A stretch of DNA of 64,000 nucleotides from Candidatus Kapaibacterium sp. (GTDB lineage: Bacteria; Bacteroidota; Ignavibacteria; Kapaibacteriales; Kapaibacteriaceae): the NCBI GenBank assembly GCA_044224925.1, contig JBGAJM010000001.1, positions 113,021 to 177,020 of the forward strand, given 5' to 3'. A program made the position numbers and the translations under genes. Positions within the stretch are counted from its first letter, which is position 1, and each line of letters opens with the position of its first letter. A model generated the notes under the pieces. It ran no database searches and had not been told where the DNA came from. It saw nothing but the letters and a program-made list of their open reading frames with translations. Positions 36,763 through 46,718 of the stretch are shown piece by piece.

Positions 36763-37773
36763 TTAGCTCATGATGCGCACAAGCATCGATTGCAAGACGA
36801 GGGTGGGGTCGGTCGACGAGGACTTGATCGTGGCGTCGGCCGCACTCAAGGCAGCAATGGCCGCTTCGATGTGGGCAGGATGATAGCGCTGCAACACATC
36901 CAGGTATTCATTCACGAAGTAGGGTGGGATGCCAACGGTCCGCGCGATCTCGCCATTGTCGTTGATCACGCCGCGCACATCGGTCAGTCGAAAGAGGGTG
37001 ACGAAGTAGCGTGTGAGCATCGTGATGATCAACATGTCGAGTCGCTCCGCCTCCATCATCTTCGTGCAGATGGTCATGGCGGCAGGGAGGTCACGTCGAC
37101 CGATGGCCTTCTGCAATTCGAAGATCGTATACGTCTTTCCTGAACCGGCGATCTCGTTCACATCATCGACGGTCACGTCGGTGCGATCGCCCATGTACAA
37201 CGTGAGCTTGTCGAGCTCCATCGACAGGTCGCGGAGCGACGTGCCGCATCGTGCGACGAGGTAGTCCGATGCATCGGGTGTGATGGTCCGACCAAGTGCC
37301 TTCGCACGATCGCGTACCCATGCGGCCACCTGATGTTCGCGCATGCGCGGATACTCGATCACCGATGCATGCTGGAACAAGGCATTCCAAGGGAACTTTG
37401 CCGTGGACTTGTTCTTGACGGGTGGAAGGGTGGCGGTGAGCAAGAGGAAGGTCGACTCAAGCGGCTGCTTCACATACTGCAACAGCGGATGATCGCCCTT
37501 CTTGCCTTCCCGCCCTACCGACACCTTTTCGAATCGGCGGACCCAGAGCACGCGTCGTTCCGACATCATGGGATAGGAGCGTGCGACGGAGAGGATGGCA
37601 TCAAGCGCAACGTCTTCGCCATCCATCATGTCGGCATTCATGCCCGTGGTATCAAGCGTGGAGGCGGCGGCGAAGAGTTGCTCGGCCGCGTGATCGATCA
37701 GATATTCCTCTTCGCCACAGATGAGCAACACCGGTGGGAAGATCTTCTTCGAGATCATCGTTTGCAGGTCCAT
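36763..37773 (-). CDS. holA: DNA polymerase III subunit delta
   Basis: PVLLICGEEEYLIDHAAEQL matches the typical HolA N-terminus. Length about 336 aa. The start was taken at the ATG at 37773, 2 nt after the permease stop. The track ORF extends to 37938 across the upstream gene. Confidence 0.7.
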   Translation of the reverse strand: MDLQTMISKKIFPPVLLICGEEEYLIDHAAEQLFAAASTLDTTGMNADMMDGEDVALDAILSVARSYPMMSERRVLWVRRFEKVSVGREGKKGDHPLLQYVKQPLESTFLLLTATLPPVKNKSTAKFPWNALFQHASVIEYPRMREHQVAAWVRDRAKALGRTITPDASDYLVARCGTSLRDLSMELDKLTLYMGDRTDVTVDDVNEIAGSGKTYTIFELQKAIGRRDLPAAMTICTKMMEAERLDMLIITMLTRYFVTLFRLTDVRGVINDNGEIARTVGIPPYFVNEYLDVLQRYHPAHIEAAIAALSAADATIKSSSTDPTLVLQSMLVRIMS

Positions 37774-37775
37774 GC

Positions 37776-38822
37776 TCACCGCTGCATGGTCTTTGGATCG
37801 AGCGCATCGCGAAGTCCGTCGCCAAAGAGATTCAAGGCGAACACGGCAATGGCCATGGCGAACGATGGATAGAGCGCCATGCCGAAGTTGGTGCCAACGG
37901 CAATGTAGCCGTAGCCATCGCGGATCATCTGTCCCCACGACGGCATCGGTGGCTGCACGCCGAGTCCGATGAAGGAGAGCGATGCTTCACTGATGATGGC
38001 CGTGGCAAAGCCGGCCGTGGCGATCACGATGATCGGACCGGCGGCATTGGGAAGCATGTGCCGGAAGATCACACGGAACGTTCCAAAGCCGAAGGCGCGT
38101 GTTGCTTCGACGTACTCTTGCTCGCGGATCGAGAAGAACTGTCCGCGAACGATACGCGCAATGTCGACCCACGACGAGATCCCGATGGCCACGAAGGCCT
38201 GCCAGTATCCTTGTCCAAGGATGACGCTGAAGGCGATGACGAGAAGGATGGTCGGGAACGACCACACCACATTCGTCACATACATGATGGCATCGTCCAC
38301 CTTGCCGCGATAGAATCCGGCCAGCGCTCCAAGCAGGATGCCGATGGTAAGCGCGATGGACTCCGAGATCAGGCCCACACTCAACGACACGCGCATGCCA
38401 TAGACGAGACGCGTGAACATGTCGCGACCGAATCGATCGGTGCCAAGCAGGAACAAGGGCTGTCGATGCCAATCCGATTCCGATGTGCCGTAGAGCGTCG
38501 ACGTTGCAATGCGATAGGGCATTCCCGTCGGGTCCTTGTAATGCACGCTGTCACCGCGGATCTCGAACGTCGACACGGCAATGATGGACGGACGATCAGG
38601 ATCGGCGATGTTCTTCTTCATGATCACGTTGCCACGAAAGCCGGACGGCTTCACGGCATACTCAAGGATCTGCGTGGTCGGGTCGAAGGGCGTGATCAAC
38701 GGAGCGAAGACGGCCATCACGATCATGATGCCAAGCACGCCAAGTCCGAGCACGGAACCTTTGTTCTTCTTCAACCGACGCCACGCGATGTGACTCAGGC
38801 TCTCAACTTCGTTGTTGCTCAT
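37776..38822 (-). CDS. ABC transporter permease (DppC/OppC type)
   Basis: Binding-protein-dependent transport inner-membrane motif (EASLSFIGLG, EAA loop). About 6 TM helices. Confidence 0.85.
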   Translation of the reverse strand: MSNNEVESLSHIAWRRLKKNKGSVLGLGVLGIMIVMAVFAPLITPFDPTTQILEYAVKPSGFRGNVIMKKNIADPDRPSIIAVSTFEIRGDSVHYKDPTGMPYRIATSTLYGTSESDWHRQPLFLLGTDRFGRDMFTRLVYGMRVSLSVGLISESIALTIGILLGALAGFYRGKVDDAIMYVTNVVWSFPTILLVIAFSVILGQGYWQAFVAIGISSWVDIARIVRGQFFSIREQEYVEATRAFGFGTFRVIFRHMLPNAAGPIIVIATAGFATAIISEASLSFIGLGVQPPMPSWGQMIRDGYGYIAVGTNFGMALYPSFAMAIAVFALNLFGDGLRDALDPKTMQR

Positions 38823-39739
38823 CCTAGTCGCACCTTGGGATCGATGAATGCATAGACAATGTCGGCAATGGTGTTCACGACAACGAAGATCACAGCCGAG
38901 AACAGCACCACACCTTGGATCATGGGATAGTCAAGCTTTTCAATGGCGGAGAAGGCGGCAAGGCCAACACCGGGCCAGTTGAAGATGAACTCGATGAAGT
39001 AGGTGCCGGCCAGCAATCCTGCGAACCAGGCACTGACGGTGGTGACCACAGGATTCAGTGCGTTGCGAAGTGCATGACGGATGAAGACGGTGGTGTTGCT
39101 CAGACCCTTGGCGCGTGCGGTGCGCACATAATCTTGTCCGAGCACGTCGAGCATGCTCGATCGCGTCACACGAGCAACGATGGAGAGCGGTCGAATGGCT
39201 AGCGTGATCATCGGCAACACGAGATGCTCGATGCCACGATCGATGTAGCCCGAGATCGGGAACCAGTCGAGCACGATGCCGAACACCAGCACCATGAGCA
39301 GACCAACGACGAAGGCCGGAAGCGAGATGCCGAAGAGTGCCGTGCCCATCGTCAACGAGTCGAGCCAAGAGTTCGGTCGCAACGATGCCACTACACCAAG
39401 CGCAATACCCAAGAGTGTTGCAATGCCCATGGCCGTGAACGCAAGGAGTGCCGTCGGAGGAATGCGTTCGACGATCGTTTCGAGCACATCGCGATTCGTT
39501 GCAATGGAGCGACCCATGTTGCCCTGTGCAAGGTTGAGCATGTACTTGCCGACCTGGACAGGGAGAGGTTTATCGAGTCCGAGTTGCTGACGTAATGCGG
39601 CCACGGAGGAAGAGTCAGCACGCTGTCCAAGAAGAACGCGTGCAGGATCACCCGGCGGACGGATGAAGAACGTGAGGACGACCACACCTGCGAGGACCGG
39701 AATGGCGTACAGGATCTTGCGAAGGAGGAACATGAACAT
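38819..39739 (-). CDS. ABC transporter permease (DppB/OppB type)
   Basis: LGLDKPLPVQ...GNMGRSI signature and an EAA motif. Overlaps the downstream permease by 4 nt. Confidence 0.85.
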   Translation of the reverse strand: MFMFLLRKILYAIPVLAGVVVLTFFIRPPGDPARVLLGQRADSSSVAALRQQLGLDKPLPVQVGKYMLNLAQGNMGRSIATNRDVLETIVERIPPTALLAFTAMGIATLLGIALGVVASLRPNSWLDSLTMGTALFGISLPAFVVGLLMVLVFGIVLDWFPISGYIDRGIEHLVLPMITLAIRPLSIVARVTRSSMLDVLGQDYVRTARAKGLSNTTVFIRHALRNALNPVVTTVSAWFAGLLAGTYFIEFIFNWPGVGLAAFSAIEKLDYPMIQGVVLFSAVIFVVVNTIADIVYAFIDPKVRLG

Positions 39740-39744
39740 GGTCG

Positions 39745-40590
39745 TTAGGACTCCTCGTGTTCGATGTGTGGCAATGTGAGGTGGTCCACGCTCACGCGGA
39801 CCGGTTCGTTCACCGAGATGCCCAGGAACTGCCGTGCGAGAATGGGGAACGACGGCGTGTTGTCGGTCAGGTAGAAGTAGATGGACGGCGTTGATGTGAT
39901 CGGCTCATCATCGACCGAACCATTCATCTCTGCTGCTACGGTGGCCGTGCACTCGCCGCAATCGATCAGTCGCACATCGGGTAGCATCGACGTGAGCATG
40001 GGCTTGAGCAGGGGATAGTGCGTGCATCCCAGCACGAGCGTGTCGATCCGATTGGCCACCAACGGACGCAGGTACTCACCGGCGATCAGACGTGTGGCGG
40101 GCGTATCCAACCATCCTTCTTCGACAAGGGGGACGAAGAGCGGACATGGTTGACTGTGGACGATGATGTTCTTGTCGGGCGCGGCCTGTTCAATGGCGCG
40201 AGCATAGGAGTTCGACGAGATCGTGGCACGTGTGCCGATCACGCCCACCATGCGAGATGTGGTCGCTCGTGCTGCTTCGGCTGCGGCAGGCTCGATCACG
40301 CCGAGCACGGGAACAGACACGTCGCGACGCAACACGTCCAGTGCGAGGGCCGATGCCGTGTTGCAGGCCACCACGATCATCTTCACGTTGTGCTGCAAGA
40401 GGAAGGCCGCACACTGCATGCTGTAGGCCTGCACGGTCTCTGCGGACTTGTTCCCGTACGGAACACGGGCCGTATCGCCCAGATACACGAATCGCTCGCC
40501 GGGCATCAGGCGCACGAGGTGCTTGAGCACGCTCAGTCCGCCAATGCCGGAATCGAAAACGCCGATCGGTCGTTGATCTTCTGCCATCAT
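39745..40590 (-). CDS. murI: glutamate racemase
   Basis: IGVFDSGIGGLSV hallmark plus VVACNTASA and GCTHYP motifs. The start was moved to Met27 of the track ORF. Confidence 0.85.
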   Translation of the reverse strand: MMAEDQRPIGVFDSGIGGLSVLKHLVRLMPGERFVYLGDTARVPYGNKSAETVQAYSMQCAAFLLQHNVKMIVVACNTASALALDVLRRDVSVPVLGVIEPAAAEAARATTSRMVGVIGTRATISSNSYARAIEQAAPDKNIIVHSQPCPLFVPLVEEGWLDTPATRLIAGEYLRPLVANRIDTLVLGCTHYPLLKPMLTSMLPDVRLIDCGECTATVAAEMNGSVDDEPITSTPSIYFYLTDNTPSFPILARQFLGISVNEPVRVSVDHLTLPHIEHEES

Positions 40591-40639
40591 GGCGTTCAAG
40601 ATACGGAAGGAAGACCTTCCGCTTCGTACCTTTGGCGCC

Positions 40640-42175
40640 ATGATCCTTTCCCTGCGCATCCGTCTCACCTTGATGTACAGTGCACTCGTTGCACTGACCG
40701 TGATGGCGTTTGCCGTGGTGGCCTACTATACGGTATCGAACGAGCTCAGCACCAACCTCGACGCCTCGCTGTCGCGCGTTGCTCAGTCGCTACACTCCGT
40801 CATCAAGAAGGAACAACAGTCCGTCAAACGTCCGCTCACTCCCGTCAAGAAGGAGAAGCGTGGCAAGGGGCAGGGGGCCGACTATTTCGAATTCCTTCGC
40901 AAGAGTTCGTTGCGCGACTTCGTTGGTCCGATCCCACCCATCGACACGGTGGAAACGAGCGAGACCGATCCCGTGTGGTCGGCCGTGTACGAGCACATGC
41001 TGCTCAACTCGTCGAACTATCTCATCCAGGTGTCGGATCAGAGCGGTCGGACGGTGTGGAGGACGGAGAATCTTACCGTCGACAGTCTACCCACCTTCAA
41101 GCAGTTCTCCGCTCGCGGCGCCACGGTGATCGACGATCGCATCTACTCCTATTACATGATGCGTGGCACGCGGTATCGCATGGTGATGTACCGCGGCGAT
41201 GTGGCCGAGGTCACGGCGGCCTATCCTGCCGACGAAGTGGATGCAACGTTGCGCAAGCTCTTTGGCTATCTGCTCTATGCACTCCCGTCGACGTTGTTCA
41301 TCTCGCTCTTCGCAGGATACATCCTTGCGCAGCGGTCGTTACGTCCGGTGGACGTGATCACGCGCTCGGCCCGACAGATCACGGCGCGCAATCTTGCCCA
41401 ACGTCTGCCCATGCCGCCAACCAACGACGAGATCGCGCGACTCACCGAGACGCTCAACGAGATGATCGCCCGACTCGAAACATCGTTCGCGCAGATCCGC
41501 CAGTTCACGTCCGATGCATCGCACGAACTCAAGACACCACTGGCCATCCTCATGGGCGAGCTCGAGATCGCCATGCGCAAACCACTCAGCACCGAAGAGT
41601 ATCGCGCAACGCTCACCAGCTGTCTGGAAGAGGTGGAGCGACTCACGAGTGTGGTCCAAGGTCTGCTCGATCTCTCGCGCGCCGACACAGGTCAGTTCCA
41701 CATCGATCTCCGCCCTGTCAACCTTTCCTCCATGCTCAACGACATCACGGACGATGTGCTCATCCTTGCGGATCAGCAGCATGTGGACGTCGACAGTGCC
41801 ATTGCATCCGGCGTGGTGGTGGCTGGCGATAAGGTGCGTCTGCATCAGGCATTGCTCAACGTGTTGGAGAATGCCGTCAAATACACACCCGAAAAGGGCC
41901 ACGTCTCGGTCACCCTCACCACATCCGGCACCGATGCCGTTGTGACCATTCGTGATACCGGCATCGGCATACCGGCCGATGAGCTGCCCTTCATCTACGA
42001 TCGGTTCTATCGCGTCGACAAGGCCCGCTCGCGTGGAACGCAGGGAGCCGGTCTCGGTCTGTCCATCGTCAAATGGATCGTCGACGCACATCACGGCACC
42101 ATCGGCGTGACAAGCGAAGAGGGAAGCGGCACGACCTTCGTGATCCGTTTACCCCTTCACGCAGATGTTCCGTAA
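40640..42175 (+). CDS. sensor histidine kinase (TM - HAMP - HisKA - HATPase_c)
   Basis: H-box SHELKTPLA, N-box NAVKYT, G-boxes DTGIGI and GLGLSIVK. Two N-terminal TM segments. No response regulator gene is adjacent. Confidence 0.8.
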   Translation: MILSLRIRLTLMYSALVALTVMAFAVVAYYTVSNELSTNLDASLSRVAQSLHSVIKKEQQSVKRPLTPVKKEKRGKGQGADYFEFLRKSSLRDFVGPIPPIDTVETSETDPVWSAVYEHMLLNSSNYLIQVSDQSGRTVWRTENLTVDSLPTFKQFSARGATVIDDRIYSYYMMRGTRYRMVMYRGDVAEVTAAYPADEVDATLRKLFGYLLYALPSTLFISLFAGYILAQRSLRPVDVITRSARQITARNLAQRLPMPPTNDEIARLTETLNEMIARLETSFAQIRQFTSDASHELKTPLAILMGELEIAMRKPLSTEEYRATLTSCLEEVERLTSVVQGLLDLSRADTGQFHIDLRPVNLSSMLNDITDDVLILADQQHVDVDSAIASGVVVAGDKVRLHQALLNVLENAVKYTPEKGHVSVTLTTSGTDAVVTIRDTGIGIPADELPFIYDRFYRVDKARSRGTQGAGLGLSIVKWIVDAHHGTIGVTSEEGSGTTFVIRLPLHADVP

Positions 42176-42183
42176 ATTGCGCG

Positions 42184-45100
42184 ATGTTCGAACCACTCCC
42201 TGACGATCTGTCCTATCCCGTACTTGAAGAAGAGGTCCTCTCCTTCTGGGATGCCAACAACATTTTTGCAACGTCGCTTGAGCAACGTGCCGGTGCGCCG
42301 ACCTTCAGTTTCTTCGAAGGTCCGCCCACGGTGAACGGAAAGCCTGGCATTCACCATCTGCTTGCCCGCACCATTAAAGACATTGCATGTCGGTACAAGA
42401 CCATGCAAGGGTTCCTCGTACGGCGGCAGGGCGGCTGGGATACGCATGGTCTGCCCGTGGAGCTTGCTGTTGAGAAAGAACTCGGCATCACGGACAAGTC
42501 GCAGATCGATGCACTTGGCGTGGACGTCTTCAATGCGAAGTGCAAGGAGTTCGTGTATCGCAACATCTCCGACGATATGGGATGGCGCACGTTCACCCGT
42601 CGCATGGGCTATTGGCTCGACATGGACACGGCCTACATCACGTGCACGAACGACTACATCGAATCCGTGTGGTGGGCCCTTGCCCAGTTCCATGCAAAGG
42701 GACTCATCTATAAAGGCTACAAGGTCGTTCCGCAATCGCCAACGCTGGGAACGCCACTCTCATCGCACGAGCTCTCGCAGAACTATAAGGACGTTCGCGA
42801 TCCAAACGTCTACCTGAAACTCAAGATCACGGGATCGCCCATCGCTGCTGTTGTTGGTGCGAGTGTGATGGTGTGGACGACCACGCCATGGACACTGTTC
42901 GCCAACGTTGCCTTGGCCGTGGGCGCGAACATCACGTATGTGCTCGTGCGCAACACGCGAACGGTCGGCGAGACCTCGGTCGCCGAGTTGCTCGTGCTTG
43001 CAGAGTCACGTCTGTCCATCCTCGAAGGAGATGTCGAGGTCCTTGCCACCTTCCCCGGCTCCGACCTTGTTGGATCTGCCTATGAGCAGATCTTCTCCGA
43101 TGTGGTGCTCGATGCGGTCAAGCATCCCAATGTGTTGCATGTGTTGGCGGGTGATTTTGTGTCGACGGAGGACGGCTCCGGCGTCGTCCACCTTGCCCCT
43201 GCCTTCGGTCAGGACGACTTCGAAATGTCGAAGCGCTACAACCTTCCTGTCCCTCAACCCGTCACGCCGCACGGTCGGTTCACCAACGAGATCAAGGCCT
43301 TTGCCGGTCGAGTGGTCAAGACCTTCACGTATGCCGATCACAAGGAAGAGGGGAGCGACCGGGACATCGTCAAGCAACTCAAGCTCGACGGAAAGATCTA
43401 TCGCGCGGCCTTCGATTATCTGCACTCCTATCCGCATTGCTGGCGCACGGACAATCCTGTGATCTACTATGCGCGGGATTCGTGGTTCATCCGATCGCCG
43501 GAATACAAAGACAAGCTCATCGCGCTCAACAAGACCATTAACTGGCATCCCGAAGACATCGGTAGCGGTCGCTTCGGCAACTGGCTCGACGAGGTCAAGG
43601 AATGGTCGCTCTCGCGCGATCGGTATTGGGGCACGCCGCTTCCGCTCTGGGTCAGCGAAGACGGCACGGATGTCTTCGCCGTCGGCTCCATCGCCGAACT
43701 CTCGGAAGGACTCTATGAGACAGAGGGTGGGAAGCGCGTACCGGTGAAGGAGGCAGGGATCCCTGTCGACCTGCATCGTCCCTTTGTGGATAACGTTGTC
43801 TTCGAGCGCAACGGTACCACGTATCGTCGCACGAAGGAAGTCATCGACGTATGGTTCGATTCCGGTTCGATGCCCTTTGCACAGTTCCATTATCCGTTCG
43901 AGAACAAGGAGCTCTTCGAGCAGTCGTTCCCGGCCGATGTGATCGCCGAGGGGATCGACCAGACGCGCGGATGGTTCTACACGCTGCATAATATCTCGAC
44001 GGCGCTCTTCGATTCGGTGGCGTACAAGAACGTCGTCGTGAACGATCTGGTGCTCGACAAGAGCGGACAGAAGATGTCGAAGTCGAAGGGCAACACCGTC
44101 GATCCGTACGACATCATGTCGCGCTTCGGTGCCGATGCCGTGCGTTGGTTCTTCATGGTGAGCTCGCCCATCTGGAAGCCGAAGCTCTTCAACGAAGAGG
44201 ACATTGCGAAGACCGTCATCGCCGATTTCTTCCGCTCGCTCACGAACACGTATGAGTTCTTCGCCATGTATGCGAAGATCGACGGACACACGTCGGATGC
44301 GCCACTGGTGCCGGTTGCAGAGCGACCGGAGATCGATCGATGGATCATCTCCAAGCTCAACACCGTGCTTGCCGAGTATCGTACGGCCATGGATGAATAC
44401 GAGTACACGAAGGCATGTCGCGCCGTACAAGACTTCGCCATCAACGATGTATCGAACTGGTATGTGCGTCGCAATCGACGTCGATTCTGGAAAGGCGAGT
44501 ACGACGACGACAAGCGTGCTGCGTATCAAACATTGCACGAAGTGTTGTTCTCCATCGCGCAGATGATCGCACCGATCACTCCATTCCTCGGTGAATTTAT
44601 TTTTCAACGTCTACGTTCACCTCTTGACAATGTGAGTGTTCATTGTAGTATATTGCAAACGTCGGATTCAGGATTGATCGATAATGATCTTGAACGCCGA
44701 ATGTGGCAAGCACAACAGATCGTTTTTCTTGCCCGTTCTTTGAGAGAGAAAGCGAAGATCAAAACGCGACAACCACTTCGTCGCATTCTTCTTCCGGTTG
44801 ATTCACCAACAGTTCGCCGACAAGTGCAAACGGTTGAGGACATCATCCTCGAAGAGATCAACGTGAAGGCCATCGAATACGTGAGCGACGACACGAACAT
44901 CGTGCAACGCTCCGCTCGACCGAACTTCAAAGTGATCGGGAAGAAGTATGGCGGACTGACGCAGGCAGTTGCGAATGCGATCAAAGCGCTTTCAACCGAA
45001 CAGGTGCGCAGGCTCGAACAGTCTTCGGTATTGGCACTCGTCATCAATGACGAAACCGTGCAGATCGATTTCGAAGACGTTGAGATCGTAAGCGAGGACA

Positions 45101-45423
45101 TCGAAGGATGGCTCGTTGCATCGGACCAGGGGATCACCGTGGCATTGGATACGGAGATCGACGAAGGTCTGGAACAGGAGGGCCTGGCACGCGAGTTCGT
45201 AAGTAAGATCCAAAAAGTTCGCAAGGACTCAGGATTTGAAGTGACGGACAGGATCACCATCCTGTTCAGCGCGGATGATCAGATGAAGTTGGCGCTGCAG
45301 TCCATGCGTTCGTACATTTCGACGGAAACACTTGCTGATCGGATCGAGGAATCCTCCCAGTCTCTCGATACCGAACTCGACATCAATGGTCGAACGGTGA
45401 GTGTGCGCGTTCAGCGCATATGA
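42184..45423 (+). CDS. ileS: isoleucine--tRNA ligase (long, type-2 form)
   Basis: PTVNGKPGIHHLLARTIKDI provides the HIGH motif (the P-x-x-N-G-x-P-H-x-G-H signature). KMSKS motif present. 1079 aa from MFEPLPDDLSYP. The track ORF is N-terminally extended. Confidence 0.9.
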   Translation: MFEPLPDDLSYPVLEEEVLSFWDANNIFATSLEQRAGAPTFSFFEGPPTVNGKPGIHHLLARTIKDIACRYKTMQGFLVRRQGGWDTHGLPVELAVEKELGITDKSQIDALGVDVFNAKCKEFVYRNISDDMGWRTFTRRMGYWLDMDTAYITCTNDYIESVWWALAQFHAKGLIYKGYKVVPQSPTLGTPLSSHELSQNYKDVRDPNVYLKLKITGSPIAAVVGASVMVWTTTPWTLFANVALAVGANITYVLVRNTRTVGETSVAELLVLAESRLSILEGDVEVLATFPGSDLVGSAYEQIFSDVVLDAVKHPNVLHVLAGDFVSTEDGSGVVHLAPAFGQDDFEMSKRYNLPVPQPVTPHGRFTNEIKAFAGRVVKTFTYADHKEEGSDRDIVKQLKLDGKIYRAAFDYLHSYPHCWRTDNPVIYYARDSWFIRSPEYKDKLIALNKTINWHPEDIGSGRFGNWLDEVKEWSLSRDRYWGTPLPLWVSEDGTDVFAVGSIAELSEGLYETEGGKRVPVKEAGIPVDLHRPFVDNVVFERNGTTYRRTKEVIDVWFDSGSMPFAQFHYPFENKELFEQSFPADVIAEGIDQTRGWFYTLHNISTALFDSVAYKNVVVNDLVLDKSGQKMSKSKGNTVDPYDIMSRFGADAVRWFFMVSSPIWKPKLFNEEDIAKTVIADFFRSLTNTYEFFAMYAKIDGHTSDAPLVPVAERPEIDRWIISKLNTVLAEYRTAMDEYEYTKACRAVQDFAINDVSNWYVRRNRRRFWKGEYDDDKRAAYQTLHEVLFSIAQMIAPITPFLGEFIFQRLRSPLDNVSVHCSILQTSDSGLIDNDLERRMWQAQQIVFLARSLREKAKIKTRQPLRRILLPVDSPTVRRQVQTVEDIILEEINVKAIEYVSDDTNIVQRSARPNFKVIGKKYGGLTQAVANAIKALSTEQVRRLEQSSVLALVINDETVQIDFEDVEIVSEDIEGWLVASDQGITVALDTEIDEGLEQEGLAREFVSKIQKVRKDSGFEVTDRITILFSADDQMKLALQSMRSYISTETLADRIEESSQSLDTELDINGRTVSVRVQRI

Positions 45424-45428
45424 AGGTG

Positions 45429-45460
45429 GCATACCGGGGGGTATGCTAGTTTTCATGTTT
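45429..45460. terminator. putative ileS terminator hairpin (GCATACC-GGGG-GGTATGC followed by a T-rich tract)
   Basis: 7-bp perfect stem 6 nt after the ileS stop. The downstream T tract is interrupted (TAGTTTTCATGTTT). Confidence 0.4.
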
Positions 45461-45482
45461 AATTTTCTGTGAGGTACGTCCT

Positions 45483-45731
45483 ATGGCAGCAGCAAAGAAG
45501 GCAGCAGCCAAGAAACCGGCAGCCAAGAAGCCGGCAAAGAAGGCAGCCAAGAAGGCAGCCAAGAAGACAGCGGCTAAGAAGCCAGCTGTAAAGAAGGCCG
45601 CGGCTAAGAAGCCAGCAGCGAAGAAGGCAGCCAAGAAGGCCGCCAAGAAGCCTGCAGCGAAGAAGGCAGCCAAGAAGGCCGCCAAGAAGCCGGCCAAGAA
45701 GGCCGCTGCAAAAAAAAAAGCAGCCAAGTAA
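45483..45731 (+). CDS. histone H1-like lysine/alanine-repeat basic protein; likely the N-terminal part of a longer gene (see A10 frameshift finding)
   Basis: 82 aa, composed entirely of (A)AKK(P)AAKK repeats. It ends 3 codons after an A10 homopolymer. Confidence 0.55.
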   Translation: MAAAKKAAAKKPAAKKPAKKAAKKAAKKTAAKKPAVKKAAAKKPAAKKAAKKAAKKPAAKKAAKKAAKKPAKKAAAKKKAAK

Positions 45732-45850
45732 GGCCTAGCCGTACTACTGCTAGTCCTACGAAGGCTTCGAAAGCGACTTCATCTTCAGCGTCCAAAAAGC
45801 GTACGGCAAAGAGTAATCCCGCAAAGTCCAAGTCAGCATCAAGTAGGAAC

Positions 45851-46708
45851 GTGACGACAAAGAAGTCTCCCAAGAAGTCTTCCGGGACAGTAAAAACTGC
45901 TGCTCCGGTAGTGAAAAAAGCTGCCGGAGCAGCTTCTGTTTCCAAGAAGGCAACCGCCGCGAAGAAACCCGCACCTGCGACCACTAAGGCCGTAGCTAAA
46001 AAGTCCGTTCCGGCTCCGAAGCCCGAAGCGGCAAAACCTGCAAGTAAGCCTGCAGCCAAGAAGTCCGTCGCTGCAAAACCTGCTGCGCCGGCACCTTCAC
46101 CAGCTCCTGCCCCAAAGCCCATTACAACTGCCGGTCCGAAGCCGCGCACGCAAGGAAAGACCAAGGCACAACTTCGTGGTATCACGAACTTGCCTACGCC
46201 TGCAAAGGTCGGTCCGATCCCGCAAGCCGTGCCGATGCAAAAGGCAGTTGCGCCGAAACAATTGGTGCCGATCCCGCCGAAGCCGGGTACGAAGTACTCT
46301 GAGAAGGACCTGACCATGTTCAAGGGCATCATCGAGAAGGCTCGAGTTGATGCGCTTGAAGAGCTTCGTATGCTCCGTGAGCGTCTCGAAGATCTCACGA
46401 ATAGCGAGGCCGCCGAAGAAAGTGCCATCTATTCAATGCACATGGCAGAGCAAGGTTCCGAGGCGATAGAGAAAGAGAAGACCTATGCGCAGATCCAACG
46501 CATCCAGGACTATATCCGCAAGCTTGACGAGTCGATGCAGCGCATCGCCGACAAGACCTACGGTATCTGTCGGATGTGCGGTATCCTGATCGCCAAGGAA
46601 CGACTTCTCGCCGTACCGATCACCACGCTCTCCGCTTCGTATAAGATCCATCAGAAGTGTCCGTCCGACGGCGTTGATCGTATCGTGGCCAAAGACGCTC
46701 TGAAGTGA
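45851..46708 (+). CDS. DksA/TraR-family C4-type zinc-finger protein with a Lys/Ala/Pro-rich N-terminal extension
   Basis: C-terminal coiled coil plus YGICRMCGILIAKERLLAVP...HQKC TraR/DksA signature. The track start is a GTG. The frame stays open and K/A/S/T-rich upstream through 45722 into the A10 run (I verified codon by codon to 45722), so the real N-terminus is uncertain. Confidence 0.7.
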   Translation: MTTKKSPKKSSGTVKTAAPVVKKAAGAASVSKKATAAKKPAPATTKAVAKKSVPAPKPEAAKPASKPAAKKSVAAKPAAPAPSPAPAPKPITTAGPKPRTQGKTKAQLRGITNLPTPAKVGPIPQAVPMQKAVAPKQLVPIPPKPGTKYSEKDLTMFKGIIEKARVDALEELRMLRERLEDLTNSEAAEESAIYSMHMAEQGSEAIEKEKTYAQIQRIQDYIRKLDESMQRIADKTYGICRMCGILIAKERLLAVPITTLSASYKIHQKCPSDGVDRIVAKDALK

Positions 46709-46718
46709 GCGCCGTTCC

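Noticed and set aside
40018-41832. 604-aa ORF on the plus strand
   Set aside because: Antisense to murI and out of frame over the histidine kinase gene. Arg/His/Gly-rich junk translation. The real genes explain the region.
45483-45731. CRISPR-like or other interspersed-repeat interpretation of the 12-nt KKAA-coding repeats, and of the heptamer array at 49617-49672
   Set aside because: The units are contiguous with no spacers, far shorter than CRISPR repeats, and no cas genes are present. They are coding low-complexity repeats and a microsatellite respectively.
45446-46428. Minus-strand ORFs 45446-45727 and 45604-46428 encoding (FLAA)n / Gly-Ala-rich peptides
   Set aside because: Reverse-complement reading of the lysine/alanine low-complexity coding repeats. 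This is a translation artefact of GCN/AAG repeats.
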